From a virus (lineage: Duplodnaviria > Caudoviricetes), in the IMG/VR virus record IMGVR_UViG_2706794555_000001, positions 34,702-98,701 of that record: a stretch of DNA of 64,000 bases, one strand, 5' to 3'. Below are positions 10,203 to 19,970 of this stretch, piece by piece. The notes under the pieces are model-generated. The model did not search any database. It was given only the letters and a program-made list of their open reading frames with translations, and was not told the DNA's origin. Position 1 is the stretch's first letter. Every line of letters begins with the position of its first letter. The translations under genes were made by a program, and so were the position numbers.

Positions 10203-10646
10203 ATGGCTCGTACCGCACTCACTCCCGTTCAGCTGGCCTACGACGCCGGTATCGCCCAGGGTGCCACCGGCACCGTGGACGCCACGAACGGCAACGTCGT
10301 CGCGCTCAACGTTGCTGGCAGCCCGGCCACGTTCGGACCGTTCCAGGTCGTTCTGGTCGTCACCAACGCCGACACCGCCTCGCACAGCGTCATCGTGCGC
10401 GGAGCCGGCTACACCGGTGCCGCGAACGGCGCGGTCAACAGCGGCATCCCGGCTCCGGCGAACACGGTGTTCACGCAGGGAACCCTCGGGGACCTGTCCG
10501 TGGCCGTGGCCGCCAGCACCACGCAGGTCATCGGCCCGTTCACCACGGACCGCTTCATCAACACGGGCGGCGCCCTGTGGCTGGACTGGACCGCGGCGAC
10601 CTCGATGTCGGTGTGGGTCTACCAGATCCCCGTGACCGTCAGCTGA
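10203..10646 (+). CDS. Virion structural protein (possible capsid decoration)
   Basis: Beta-rich; lies after the capsid gene; similar to 13193-13558. Confidence 0.6.
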   Translation: MARTALTPVQLAYDAGIAQGATGTVDATNGNVVALNVAGSPATFGPFQVVLVVTNADTASHSVIVRGAGYTGAANGAVNSGIPAPANTVFTQGTLGDLSVAVAASTTQVIGPFTTDRFINTGGALWLDWTAATSMSVWVYQIPVTVS

Positions 10647-10655
10647 GGCGCACCC

Positions 10656-11015
10656 ATGACCGAGTTGATCCATTTCAAGGCGCCCAGTGGCCATGTCATC
10701 GCGATGACGCTCCCGCTGCACTCGACCATCGAGCAGCAGTGGGAGCACGGCGACCTGCAGCGGGTCGCCGAGGACGGCAGCCCGTGGGTCGAGGCAGTCG
10801 AAGTGGCCGAGGTGGTCGAGGGGCCCTCTGGGGCTCCGGCCGGCGACGTTGAGGCCCCGGTGCGCCCGAAGGCCGCTGCGAAGATCGCAGAGTGGCAGGA
10901 GTTCGCCGTCGCGATCGGCGCCTGCACCGCGGACGAGGCGGCAGGCCTGACGAAGGCGCAGCTCGTGGAGCTGACGACTCCGCCGGAGATGCAGCCGCCC
11001 GTCCCGGAGGTGTGA
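10656..11015 (+). CDS. Hypothetical head-associated protein
   Basis: Position in the head module; C-terminal LTKAQLVE helix motif. Confidence 0.6.
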   Translation: MTELIHFKAPSGHVIAMTLPLHSTIEQQWEHGDLQRVAEDGSPWVEAVEVAEVVEGPSGAPAGDVEAPVRPKAAAKIAEWQEFAVAIGACTADEAAGLTKAQLVELTTPPEMQPPVPEV

Positions 11016-11018
11016 CAG

Positions 11019-11756
11019 GTGACCGTCCCCTACAGCAGTGACCTGTACAAGGCTGTCCTGCCGGGTGGGGCGGTCACCTTCCAGGTGATGTTCGAGACGT
11101 TCTACGCGTCGGGGCTGCCGCAGGCCGTGACGGGCGTCACGATCACCATCACGGCCAACGGCAGTAGCACGCCGGTCCTGGGGCCGACGTCCGTGGGGGT
11201 TGTCGCTGCGGGCAACTCCAACTTCAGCTACGAGTGGCTTCCAGCGGCCACGGTGCCGCCGGGCGACTATGCGGTGCTGTGGTCGGCCACCGGGACGGCG
11301 GGGGCGGTCACCTACGCGCAGGCCGTGACCGTGTCGGCGTTCCCGGCGACGCTGCCCGCGCCGGGCGTTTATGCGAGCGCCGCCCAGTACCGGGACTGGT
11401 CTGCGGACATGTTCACCCCGGACGACCTTGTGACGGTCGCTCTGCGCCGTGCCACGGAGGTCATCGACCGGGTCCTGGTCGCCGCGGTGTATGCCACCGA
11501 TGCGGACGGCATGCCCATCGACGCGGGTGTCGTGAACGTGTTCATGCGGGCGACGTCGGCTCAGGCGCAGTTCATCCTCGCAAACAACGACTTCGCGAAC
11601 GTGAAGTCGCAGTACTCCAGCACGTCGATGGGCGGCGTCTCGCAGACGCGTGCCGCGTCGGCGCAGAACCAGATGTTCCCTCCGCTCGCACCTCAGGCCG
11701 CGGCGATCCTCCAGGTTGCCGGCGTGCTGCCGTCCGCTCCGCTGATCAACTGGTAG
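11019..11756 (+). CDS. Head-tail adaptor with extra N-terminal beta domain
   Basis: YAS..QY...LRRATEVID..RAT.AQAQF connector-like C-terminal half. Confidence 0.65.
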   Translation: MTVPYSSDLYKAVLPGGAVTFQVMFETFYASGLPQAVTGVTITITANGSSTPVLGPTSVGVVAAGNSNFSYEWLPAATVPPGDYAVLWSATGTAGAVTYAQAVTVSAFPATLPAPGVYASAAQYRDWSADMFTPDDLVTVALRRATEVIDRVLVAAVYATDADGMPIDAGVVNVFMRATSAQAQFILANNDFANVKSQYSSTSMGGVSQTRAASAQNQMFPPLAPQAAAILQVAGVLPSAPLINW

Positions 11757-11763
11757 GTGCGCT

Positions 11764-12120
11764 GTGATGCAGATGGCGAACACCCGGCTGACGATCATGC
11801 GCGGTACGCAGGCGAACGCCTACGGCGACCTGTCGGACGTCGGCACCGTGCTCTACGAGCGGGTCCCGGCGGGGGTCGTGGAGTCCTCGAAGCAGGTCTT
11901 CGACCCGGCGACGCAGACTCCGCGCACGGTCCGCACCTCGACCGCAGTCGTCGCGGGATGGGTCGATGTCCTCACCTCGGACACGATCATGGACGAGTCC
12001 ACGGGCAACTACTACATGATCAACGACATCCAGTTGCAGCCCACCGGCCCCACGGGCATCACCCCCGACAAGCTCCTCACGCTGCGGTGGCGCTCCGGCG
12101 TCACACCCGGCTCCGACTAG
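11764..12120 (+). CDS. Head closure protein
   Basis: Position and size; NAYGD motif. Confidence 0.6.
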   Translation: MMQMANTRLTIMRGTQANAYGDLSDVGTVLYERVPAGVVESSKQVFDPATQTPRTVRTSTAVVAGWVDVLTSDTIMDESTGNYYMINDIQLQPTGPTGITPDKLLTLRWRSGVTPGSD

Positions 12121-12130
12121 GAGGCCATCC

Positions 12131-12508
12131 ATGGCGACCCGCGTGGAGGTCGACGACGACTGGCGCGAGAACGTCGACGCCGCCATCGAAGAGTTCTTCG
12201 AGACGCGCCTCGGTCCGGACATCGCCACCGACGCCCGCCGCTACTGCCCCGAACGCACCGGCGACCTGCGGGAATCCATCGAGAGCCACGTCGAAGGCGG
12301 CAACCTCATCGTGTCCGCGACGGGCAGCGAAGAGAAGTCCTACGCCTACTACGTGGAGATGGGCACCCACGCCCACGTGATCGAGGCGAGCAACAAGAAG
12401 GCCCTGTTCTGGGCCGGCGCTCTCCACCCTGTCCGCAGGGTCACCATCCCCGACATCGCCGCCCAGCCATTCCTTCGGCCGGCGGTCTACCAGCAACGGG
12501 GCGAGTAG
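12131..12508 (+). CDS. HK97 gp10-like tail component
   Basis: CPERTGDLRESI, YAYYVEMGT and AQPFLRPA motifs. Confidence 0.85.
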   Translation: MATRVEVDDDWRENVDAAIEEFFETRLGPDIATDARRYCPERTGDLRESIESHVEGGNLIVSATGSEEKSYAYYVEMGTHAHVIEASNKKALFWAGALHPVRRVTIPDIAAQPFLRPAVYQQRGE

Positions 12509-12526
12509 TCGGGAGGAGGTGGGCCC

Positions 12527-13027
12527 GTGTCCACTCCTGCGGTGCCGCTTGAGGCGAACGACGAGAACGTGGCCGCTGCGTGGCTGGCGTCGATCACGGG
12601 CCTGTCGGCGGACATGGTGGGCACGGTGCTGCCGCCGGACGTCAACGCGGACGGCTCGGTGGCGTCGTGGATCGAGACGGGGTTTGTGACCGTCGCGGTC
12701 GTGGGCGGCAACCCGGACCCGATGCTGCCCGTGTCGCGCCCGGTGGTGCAGGTCGACTGCTGGGCGACGACTCCAGGCAGTAACAAGCCGCCCTGGAACC
12801 AGGCCCTAGCCCTGTCGCGCGCCGTGCTGCGGGCCACGTGGGACCGGTACCGGATCCCGCGCCCGCTGACGCCGGTCGTCAACGGCGTGGCCTACCCGCT
12901 GGCCGTGGTGCAGTCCGCGACGGTCGCCACGGCGTTCCGGCGCATGTACGACGACCAGGCCGACTACGCCCGGGTGACGGGCGACGTACAGCTGTCGTGG
13001 GTGATGGCCCACGACACCCTCCCCTGA
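12527..13027 (+). CDS. Tail terminator protein
   Basis: Position before the tail tube; PVVQVDCWA motif. Confidence 0.7.
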   Translation: MSTPAVPLEANDENVAAAWLASITGLSADMVGTVLPPDVNADGSVASWIETGFVTVAVVGGNPDPMLPVSRPVVQVDCWATTPGSNKPPWNQALALSRAVLRATWDRYRIPRPLTPVVNGVAYPLAVVQSATVATAFRRMYDDQADYARVTGDVQLSWVMAHDTLP

Positions 13028-13040
13028 CAAGGAACTGCCC

Positions 13041-13196
13041 ATGCCCATGGTCAAAGTGACTCTCTTCCAGGAGCCGATCGAGGTGCCCGACGACGAGGTT
13101 CCGGTGCTCCGCGCGCAGGGCCTCCTCGTTGAGGAGCCCGCCGAGACGCCCGCCAAGGCCGTCAAGGCCCAGCCCAGGAAGGACGAGCAGCAGTGA
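13041..13196 (+). CDS. Small hypothetical protein (51 aa)
   Basis: AAGGA RBS; MPMVKVTLFQEPIEVPDDEV...; GTGA overlap with the next gene. Confidence 0.55.
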   Translation: MPMVKVTLFQEPIEVPDDEVPVLRAQGLLVEEPAETPAKAVKAQPRKDEQQ

Positions 13197-13558
13197 CTCT
13201 TCTGTCCCTGAATGCCACGCCGCAGCCGCGGACCGGATCGGCCGCGCCGGTGAACCTCACCGCCCTGCTGGCCGCCGGAACCCTCGGATCCAACACCGGG
13301 GTGTCGTTCGTCAACACCGGCCGCGAGGTGCTGCTCGTCAACGTCACCTCCGGCGGGTCGACGTGCTCGGTCGCGATCGGCACCACCATCGAAGGCCAGG
13401 CGGTGAGTCCACTCACGCCAGTGCTGACATCGTCGGCGATCAACGCGATCGGGCCGTTCCCGGCCGACGAGAACCAGCCCGGGGGCCTGATCCAGGTCAC
13501 GTTCGGCACGACCGCGAACGTGACCTGCGCCCTGCTGCAGAACACCGGCGTCCTCTAG
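13193..13558 (+). CDS. Virion structural protein, paralogue of 10203-10646
   Basis: Shared V.L.V.N...S.SV.I and IGPF..D...GG motifs. Confidence 0.6.
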   Translation: MTLLSLNATPQPRTGSAAPVNLTALLAAGTLGSNTGVSFVNTGREVLLVNVTSGGSTCSVAIGTTIEGQAVSPLTPVLTSSAINAIGPFPADENQPGGLIQVTFGTTANVTCALLQNTGVL

Positions 13559-13582
13559 CGGTCCCCGCAACGCCAAACCGTC

Positions 13583-13605
13583 GCCCGCCATGTGCGGGCT
13601 TTTTT
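13583..13605 (+). terminator. Intrinsic terminator upstream of the tail tube gene
   Basis: GCCCGC-catgt-GCGGGC followed by TTTTTT. Confidence 0.65.
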
Positions 13606-13647
13606 CATGCCCGCGCCCGGCCTTGGGCGCCCTGACCCAAGGAGACG

Positions 13648-14244
13648 ATTCCGATTTCGGTCAATGCAGGCAATCTCGTCATGGGGCCGGCGCGGCTCTA
13701 TGTCGCCCCGTTCGGTTCCGCGGAGCCGCTGGACTCGGCGGTGACGCCGAACGGCACGGTCACGCCTCCGTCGTCTCCGTGGACCGATGTGGGCGGCACT
13801 GACGGCGGTACCACGTACGAGGTCGACAACACGTACACGGCGCTGCAGGTCGACCAGATCATCATGGAGGTCGGTGCGCGCCTGACGGAGATGAAGTTCT
13901 CCGTGACCACGAAGCTGAGCGAGATGACGCTGGCGAACCTGAACACGGCGCTGAACAACATCGCGACGGTGGCCACGAACTCCGGGTACTCGACGATGGA
14001 CATCAACGTCGGGTCGTCAGCGTCGCAGCCCACCTATGCGGCGCTGATCATCGACGGGTGGGCGCCGATGCTGTCCACCGGCGCTCCGGCGCTGCGCCGC
14101 GTCATCGTCCGCAAGGTCCTGTCGCAGGTCAAGGCGACTCTGGCGTTCGACAAGAAGACCCAGCAGAGCATCGACTGCACTTTTCAGGCATATTTCGTCA
14201 GCAGCAGCATCGCACCGGTGCACATCGCCGACCAAACGAGCTGA
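13648..14244 (+). CDS. Major tail (tube) protein; probable start at ATT 13648 or 13654 (first ATG is 13681)
   Basis: NLVMGPARLY.APFG, WTDVGGTDGG and VDQI motifs; AAGGAG at 13639-13644. Confidence 0.85.
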   Translation: MPISVNAGNLVMGPARLYVAPFGSAEPLDSAVTPNGTVTPPSSPWTDVGGTDGGTTYEVDNTYTALQVDQIIMEVGARLTEMKFSVTTKLSEMTLANLNTALNNIATVATNSGYSTMDINVGSSASQPTYAALIIDGWAPMLSTGAPALRRVIVRKVLSQVKATLAFDKKTQQSIDCTFQAYFVSSSIAPVHIADQTS

Positions 14245-14307
14245 TTTCGCAGGTCAGTTGACCTAAGCGCATAACAAATAGGATGTGCTACGGGTAGAAT
14301 TGGGCCT

Positions 14308-14883
14308 ATGGCGAGGCCCAAAAATCCCGAGCACGAATACCTTCCCGACGGTCGCGGACGCCTCAAGGCACATGTCCGAATAGTCTGCGAGTCCTGCAGC
14401 AAAGAAGCCCTTGTCCGCGCAGACGGCAGCAAGCGCTTCTGCTCGAAGAGTTGCTCCACCACAAGGCAGCACCTCGAAGGACGCAGCAGGCAACTGCGCG
14501 GCGAGGAGCACTACGCTTGGAAGGGCTCGGACGCGAAGTACCAAGCCCTTCACCAGCGAGTGAGCCGAGCGCGAGGCCGCGCCGATCGCTGCGAATGGCG
14601 GCCATCGGTCGGCTGCGCAAGTCGCAAGTACGAGTGGTCGCACATTCATGGCACTGACACCGGAAACGTCGCGAACTATCGGTCGCTGTGCAAGACCTGC
14701 CATCAGCGATACGACGGCCAGACCGGGGCGGATCACGCGAATGCGAAGCTGACCGCCGAACAAGTAGCTGAGGTGCGAAGGAGATACGCCGCAGGAGGCG
14801 TGAGCCAGCAGGCTCTCGGCGACGAGTACGGCGTCCACCAGGCCACCATCAGCGCAGTGGTGCTGCGCCAGACGCACCGCTAG
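14308..14883 (+). CDS. Free-standing HNH-type endonuclease with Zn-finger and C-terminal HTH
   Basis: CxxC..RFCSKSC; YQALHQRV...RCE...YEWSHI...NYRSLCKTCHQRYD; NAKLT-HTH; lower GC than flanking genes. Confidence 0.8.
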   Translation: MARPKNPEHEYLPDGRGRLKAHVRIVCESCSKEALVRADGSKRFCSKSCSTTRQHLEGRSRQLRGEEHYAWKGSDAKYQALHQRVSRARGRADRCEWRPSVGCASRKYEWSHIHGTDTGNVANYRSLCKTCHQRYDGQTGADHANAKLTAEQVAEVRRRYAAGGVSQQALGDEYGVHQATISAVVLRQTHR

Positions 14884-14891
14884 CCACACCT

Positions 14892-14926
14892 CGGAAGCCC
14901 GGCACTCCCCGAGTGCCGGGCTTCCG
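14892..14926 (+). terminator. Stem-loop after the HNH gene
   Basis: CGGAAGCCCGGCACTC-ccc-GAGTGCCGGGCTTCCG perfect hairpin. Confidence 0.6.
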
Positions 14927-14965
14927 CATGTCCACCCTCACTCTCACACCCTCGGAGTATCACCC

Positions 14966-15367
14966 ATGGCTGCACGGGTCACGGCCCCCACCAAGAAGAC
15001 CGCTGCGAAGAAGGCTCCTCCCGTGGTTGCGCTGCCTGCGCGCACCGCGGCGGGGGTTCCGTTCGAGCCGCTGCGACTGTCCTCGGCGGAAGCGGAGCCG
15101 CAGGAGACCGTCGACCTGTTCGAGATCGACGACGTCATGTACTCGGTGCCGCGCAAGCCGCGCGCGAACATCGCCCTGCAGTACCTCGACGCGGCGGAGC
15201 GCCTCGGCCCGGCCGCGGCGGACCTGTTCCTGCTGCGGGCGATGCTCGGCGAGGACGGCTACACGGCGCTGAGCCACTGCGAGTCCCTCACGCAGGAGCA
15301 TGTGGCGTGGGTGCTGGAGACCGTTCAGGGTCTGACGTTGGGGACGATCGAGGCCCCAAAAGCCTGA
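14966..15367 (+). CDS. Tail assembly chaperone (gpG-like)
   Basis: Between tail tube and TMP; ends in a slippery site. Confidence 0.85.
   Translation: MAARVTAPTKKTAAKKAPPVVALPARTAAGVPFEPLRLSSAEAEPQETVDLFEIDDVMYSVPRKPRANIALQYLDAAERLGPAAADLFLLRAMLGEDGYTALSHCESLTQEHVAWVLETVQGLTLGTIEAPKA
15355..15361 (+). other. Programmed -1 ribosomal frameshift heptamer C CCA AAA
   Basis: X XXY YYZ pattern in frame two codons before the chaperone stop; the -1 frame is open to 15687. Confidence 0.8.
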
Positions 15368-15687
15368 TGGTCGGCAGTGACCGCTGGCATCAGTTGCGGT
15401 GGGTGGTGCACTGCCTGGACGACATCGCCTCGGACATGTCGGTGTTCCATCGCGTCGACGACATCACGGCGCTGGACGGTCCGACGCTGATGCGCCTGGC
15501 GTGGCGGCTGCCCGCCTACGAGGGCGCGATGCGGTCCCGGGTGATGGCCGAGCAGGAAGAGAACCCGTCGCCGTCACCGCAGGGTCGGGTCTCGGCGCCG
15601 CGGGGTGAGAGCCGTGAGTGGAACCCGGGAACGCAGGCCACGTTGCAGGCCGACCCGGCACTCAAGGGCATTTTCAGCTTCAACTGA
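15355..15687 (+). CDS. Tail assembly chaperone, frameshifted C-terminal part (gpT-like)
   Basis: -1 frame ORF (LDDIASDMSVFHRV..RLPAYEGAM). Confidence 0.8.
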   Translation, partial: PKSLMVGSDRWHQLRWVVHCLDDIASDMSVFHRVDDITALDGPTLMRLAWRLPAYEGAMRSRVMAEQEENPSPSPQGRVSAPRGESREWNPGTQATLQADPALKGIFSFN

Positions 15688-15727
15688 TCGGGCTTGCGCC
15701 CCCTGGTGTGGTCGGAGGTGACTTCCG

Positions 15728-18700
15728 ATCCCCGAAGGTTTCCGCGTCGCAAAAGCTTGGGTGGAGGTCACTCCGGACACGGAGGGCTTCAAGGAGAAGG
15801 TCCAGGCCGCGGTCGACGAGGCGCTGGCCGGGGTGCGCGGGCGTGCCCGCGTGGACCTGGACACCGCCGCGTTCGACGCCAAGCTCGACGACGCGAAGGC
15901 GCGCCTGGACGAGTTCGGCGGCGACCGGTCCGAGGCGTCGCTGCACCTGAACAGCGAGCAGTTGTCGGCCGCGGCCGACGAGGCGCACGAGAAGCTCGAC
16001 GAGCTCGACTCCCGGTCCGCGCGGCCCGATGTGGCTCTCGGGACCGATGACCTCGACGCGAAACTCGACGAGGCCCGCGAGAGGATCCAGGAGCTCGACG
16101 CCGAACACGCCCGCCCCGACGTCACCCTGAACACGGGCGAGTTCGACGCCAAACTCGACGAGGCCAGGGCCCGACTTGCCGCCCTGAACGAGGACTCCGC
16201 CTCACCGCGGGTCTACGCGCGCGACGCCCAGGGCCGCTTCGCCGGCGGGGGCAGCGGGGAGGGCGAAGGCGGCGTCGGCCGGTCCTACCTGCGGGACAGC
16301 CGCGGCCGGTTCATCGGCGCCGGCGGTCACGGCGAGGAGCCCGCCGCGGAGCCGGCAGAGGAGCGGGCCAGCCGGTTCCGTGCCCTGCTCGGCGGTGTCA
16401 CCCGCCGCCTGCAGGGCGCCGGCGACCAGGGCGGCCAGTTCCTGAGCAGTGCCGGCGGCGGTGTCATGTCGTTCCTGGGCGAGCACGCCCTGGGCGCCAG
16501 CCTGACCGCGGGCGTCACCGCTCTGGCGCCGGGCATCGCCGGTGCGGGCATGGGCCTGGGTCTGCTCGGTGGCGCGGGGATCCTGGGCCTCGGCGGGATC
16601 GGCGAGGCCGTGTCGGCGGCGCACCAGGCGTCGATGAACATCGGCATGACGCCGCAGCAGAAAGCCGCGACGCAGTTCTCGAACCAGGTCGCGGTCCAGC
16701 AGGCGCAGAACCAGGTCGGCCAGGCGCACATGCAGGCCGCCCAGGACGCGATCACGTCGGCGGAGTCCATCGAGTCCGCGGAGATGAACCTCGCCTCGAC
16801 GGAGCGGAACGCCGCCGAGCAGCAGGTCCAGGCGTTGCAGTCGGTGCGGCAGGCCCAGCAGGGCGTCGAGGAGGCCAACTACGGGCTGTCGGAGGCGCAG
16901 TACAACCTGACGCAGGCGTGGGAGACCGCGCGGGAGCAGATCCGGCAGCTCAACGACCAGCTCGCGGACTCGAAGCTGAACGTGCAACAGGCACAGTTGG
17001 CGATCAAGCAGGCCATCTACCAGCAGCGCCTGGTCGACCAGAACGCCTATTCGACGCTGCTGGACCGCCAGCAGGCGTCCCTGGCTGTGGCGCAGGCCCA
17101 GCAGCAGCTCACCGACGCGCAGGACCAGCAGACCGCGGCGCAGTACAAGGCGAACCTGGTCAACAAGGAGGGCGTTGCCGGGCAGCAGACCGTCATCCAG
17201 GCCAAGCAGGGCGTCACGGCGGCGCAGTACCAGCAGCTCGACGCGCAGGCGCAGTATGCGGATGCGCAGCGGCAGTTGACGCTGACGGAGCTGAACAACG
17301 CCTCGCAGGTCAAGCAGGCGCAGATGCAGTTGTCGGCGGCGCAGGAGCAGGCAGCGTTCCAGCGGCGCATGGATGCGCGGACCGTTGCGATCGCCGAGCA
17401 GAACGTGTCGAACACCATCAAGGAGCAGCAGCTCCAGTGGGCTGCGACGATGTCGACGGAGAACCAGGCCGCGCTGCTGTTCCAGAAGGACATGTCGCGC
17501 CTGACCCCGGCGGCGCGCGCGGTGGTCGAGCAGATCCTGTCGATGCGTACCGCCTTTCATGCGATGGCGGGGGTGGCGCAGAACGCGATCGCGCCGGGCG
17601 TGTCGCTGATGCTTACGGGCCTGATGGCGGGCATGCCGAAGCTGACCCAGGGTGTGGGCCAGGTCGGCAATGTGATCTCGGGGGTGTTCGCGAAGGTCGG
17701 CCGGTCGCTGCAGTCCGCGTCTGGGGCCAAGGTGTTGGACGGGCTGGTCGCCAACGGCGTCCGGTTCGCTCAGATCGTTGTGCCCGCTCTGACGGGGTTC
17801 GTGGGGGCGCTTGCGAAGGTCGGTTCGCAGAAGGGCGCGGTCGACGGGCTCGCGAACCTGATCGGCGGACTGGCCGGCGGTCTGACGAACGTCGTCACCG
17901 CGGTCGCCCCGTTCACCAGTTCCTTGTCGCTGCTGGGCACGGTCCTGGGTAAGGCCTTGGGGCCGGTCGGAACACTGCTGGGCGGTGTCGTCGGGCAGCT
18001 CGCGAAGACCCTGGCTCCGCTGCTGGTGCAGCTCCTGCCGTCCTTCCGGATGCTGGTCGGCCTGCTGGGCGCGCAGCTCACGCAGGCGCTCCAGGAGGCG
18101 GCTCCGGCGCTGGTCCAGCTGGTCACCGTGGCGGTGCAACTGCTGCCCGCGGTGACGCCGCTGGTCAGCATCTTCGGCTCCGGGCTGGCGGGCGCGCTGC
18201 GGGTGGTGAGCGCTGTCCTGCAGGGCCTGAACACCTTCCTGGCCGCGAACATCAGCTGGGTGCGCCCGCTGGCGTCGATCGTGCTGGGGATCATCGCCGC
18301 GATGAAGATCTGGACGATCGTGCAGGGCGCGTTCAACCTGGTCATGGACGCCAATCCGATCTCGATCGTGGCACTGGCGATCGCGGCCCTGGTCGGCGGA
18401 GTGGTCTACGCCTACGGGCACTTCACGTGGTTCCGCCAGGGCGTGCAGGCCGCGTTCTCCGCGATCTCGGCTGAGGCGCTGTTCCTGTGGCACAACGTGT
18501 TCGACCCCATGTGGCACGGCATCGAAGCGGGGGCGTCCTGGCTGTACAACAACGGGATCAAGCTGTACTTCGAGATGATCCGCCAGGAGTTCACGGTCCT
18601 GGAGTCCGTGGCCCTGTGGATGTGGCACAACGTCTTCGATCCGCTGTGGCACGGGATCGTGGCCGGCGCGTCCGGGTTCGTTTCGATGTTCAAGACGATC

Positions 18701-19903
18701 TGGTCGTCCCTGGAGACCACGTTCAAGACGCCCGTAAACTTCTTGATCAACACCGTCTACAAGGGTGGCATCGAGGCCCTGTGGAACAAGGTCGTCGGCG
18801 CCGTGGGCCTGAGCAGCCTCAACCTGCCTGACATCACGCCCCTGGCCGCCGGCGGTGTTCTTCCCGGGTACGCGCCGGGGCGCGACTCCGTCCCCGCGGT
18901 GCTGTCGCCGGGTGAAGGCGTCCTGGTGCCCGAGGCGGTCCGGGCCATCGGCCCGGGTACCGTCAACGCCCTCAACGCGAAGTACGGCGGCGGACGCGGG
19001 TCCGGCGGCGGCCACTACTCCGGCGGCGGTATCGCTGGTCTGGCCGGGTCGATCTGGCACGGCGTCACCTCGGCGGCGAGCAAGGCCGTCGACATGGCGA
19101 AGATCACTGCTGCACTGGCGACGGGCAACACCACGGCGCTCAGCAACGCGCTGACTGCCCTGGTGGGCACCAATGCGGTCGGCAACTACGCCAAGATGAT
19201 GCTCGGGGTGCCGACGACGCTGATCGGCCACCTGACCAAGGCCATCGTGTCGATGTTCACCGGCAGCAGTGGCGGCTCCGGCGGCACGTCCACCCCGTCC
19301 ACGCCATCTGGAACCGTTGCACAGTGGTTCCAGCAGGCCGTCCAGCTCACCGGTGTGGGGGCCGGGTGGCTGCCGGACCTGGAGACGATCGGGCACTACG
19401 AGTCGGGCGACAACCCCAACGCGATCAACAACACCGACTCCAACGCCATGGCCGGGGATCCGTCCCGCGGCGTCATGCAGACGATCATGTCGACGTTCCA
19501 GGCCTACCACCAGGCCGGAACCAGCAGCAACATCTTCGACCCGGTCGCGAACATCGCGGCGGCGATCAACTACATCAAGTCGCGATACGGGACGGTCGGC
19601 AACGTGCCCGGCATCCGCTCCCTCGCCTCCGGGGGCAGCTACGTCGGGTACGACTCCGGCGGCTGGCTCATGCCGGATTCGATGCCCGTCAACCATCTCG
19701 GGAAGCCCGAGGCGGTCCTCACCCCGCAGGAGTCCGCGGCGTTCGTCGCCATCGTGCGCCAGCTCACCTCCCAGGGTGTCGGGGCCAGCGGGCTGGGACG
19801 AGGGGTCAACGTCGTACAGAATTTCAATGGCACGATGTGGCCCAATCCCGAACAGCAGGCCGCAATGCGTCGTGACCTTGCACTCGCATTGGGTGGGGCC
19901 TGA
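15728..19903 (+). CDS. Tape measure protein with C-terminal lytic transglycosylase domain; probable ATC start at 15728 (first GTG is 15761)
   Basis: ~1390 aa, Ala/Gln-rich with Trp-periodic repeats; SLT motifs ESG.NPNA.N, GVMQTI..TF and DPVANI.AAINY. Confidence 0.93.
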   Translation: MPEGFRVAKAWVEVTPDTEGFKEKVQAAVDEALAGVRGRARVDLDTAAFDAKLDDAKARLDEFGGDRSEASLHLNSEQLSAAADEAHEKLDELDSRSARPDVALGTDDLDAKLDEARERIQELDAEHARPDVTLNTGEFDAKLDEARARLAALNEDSASPRVYARDAQGRFAGGGSGEGEGGVGRSYLRDSRGRFIGAGGHGEEPAAEPAEERASRFRALLGGVTRRLQGAGDQGGQFLSSAGGGVMSFLGEHALGASLTAGVTALAPGIAGAGMGLGLLGGAGILGLGGIGEAVSAAHQASMNIGMTPQQKAATQFSNQVAVQQAQNQVGQAHMQAAQDAITSAESIESAEMNLASTERNAAEQQVQALQSVRQAQQGVEEANYGLSEAQYNLTQAWETAREQIRQLNDQLADSKLNVQQAQLAIKQAIYQQRLVDQNAYSTLLDRQQASLAVAQAQQQLTDAQDQQTAAQYKANLVNKEGVAGQQTVIQAKQGVTAAQYQQLDAQAQYADAQRQLTLTELNNASQVKQAQMQLSAAQEQAAFQRRMDARTVAIAEQNVSNTIKEQQLQWAATMSTENQAALLFQKDMSRLTPAARAVVEQILSMRTAFHAMAGVAQNAIAPGVSLMLTGLMAGMPKLTQGVGQVGNVISGVFAKVGRSLQSASGAKVLDGLVANGVRFAQIVVPALTGFVGALAKVGSQKGAVDGLANLIGGLAGGLTNVVTAVAPFTSSLSLLGTVLGKALGPVGTLLGGVVGQLAKTLAPLLVQLLPSFRMLVGLLGAQLTQALQEAAPALVQLVTVAVQLLPAVTPLVSIFGSGLAGALRVVSAVLQGLNTFLAANISWVRPLASIVLGIIAAMKIWTIVQGAFNLVMDANPISIVALAIAALVGGVVYAYGHFTWFRQGVQAAFSAISAEALFLWHNVFDPMWHGIEAGASWLYNNGIKLYFEMIRQEFTVLESVALWMWHNVFDPLWHGIVAGASGFVSMFKTIWSSLETTFKTPVNFLINTVYKGGIEALWNKVVGAVGLSSLNLPDITPLAAGGVLPGYAPGRDSVPAVLSPGEGVLVPEAVRAIGPGTVNALNAKYGGGRGSGGGHYSGGGIAGLAGSIWHGVTSAASKAVDMAKITAALATGNTTALSNALTALVGTNAVGNYAKMMLGVPTTLIGHLTKAIVSMFTGSSGGSGGTSTPSTPSGTVAQWFQQAVQLTGVGAGWLPDLETIGHYESGDNPNAINNTDSNAMAGDPSRGVMQTIMSTFQAYHQAGTSSNIFDPVANIAAAINYIKSRYGTVGNVPGIRSLASGGSYVGYDSGGWLMPDSMPVNHLGKPEAVLTPQESAAFVAIVRQLTSQGVGASGLGRGVNVVQNFNGTMWPNPEQQAAMRRDLALALGGA

Positions 19904-19970
19904 CCCTCCCGGCGCCGTGGCCGCCCTCGTTTCCCTGACCGTGATCCATGGGTGAGACGGAGGTGATCGC

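Noticed and set aside
15860-17460. Repeats and Gln-rich tract in the tape measure gene; Gly-X-Y repeats at 25995-26290
   Set aside because: Ordinary coding repeats of TMP and collagen-like proteins.
16202-19696. Very long antisense ORFs (also 3133-5334, 9561-11798, 42885-44642, 56918-58603)
   Set aside because: Shadow frames of real high-GC genes on the opposite strand; no domain motifs.
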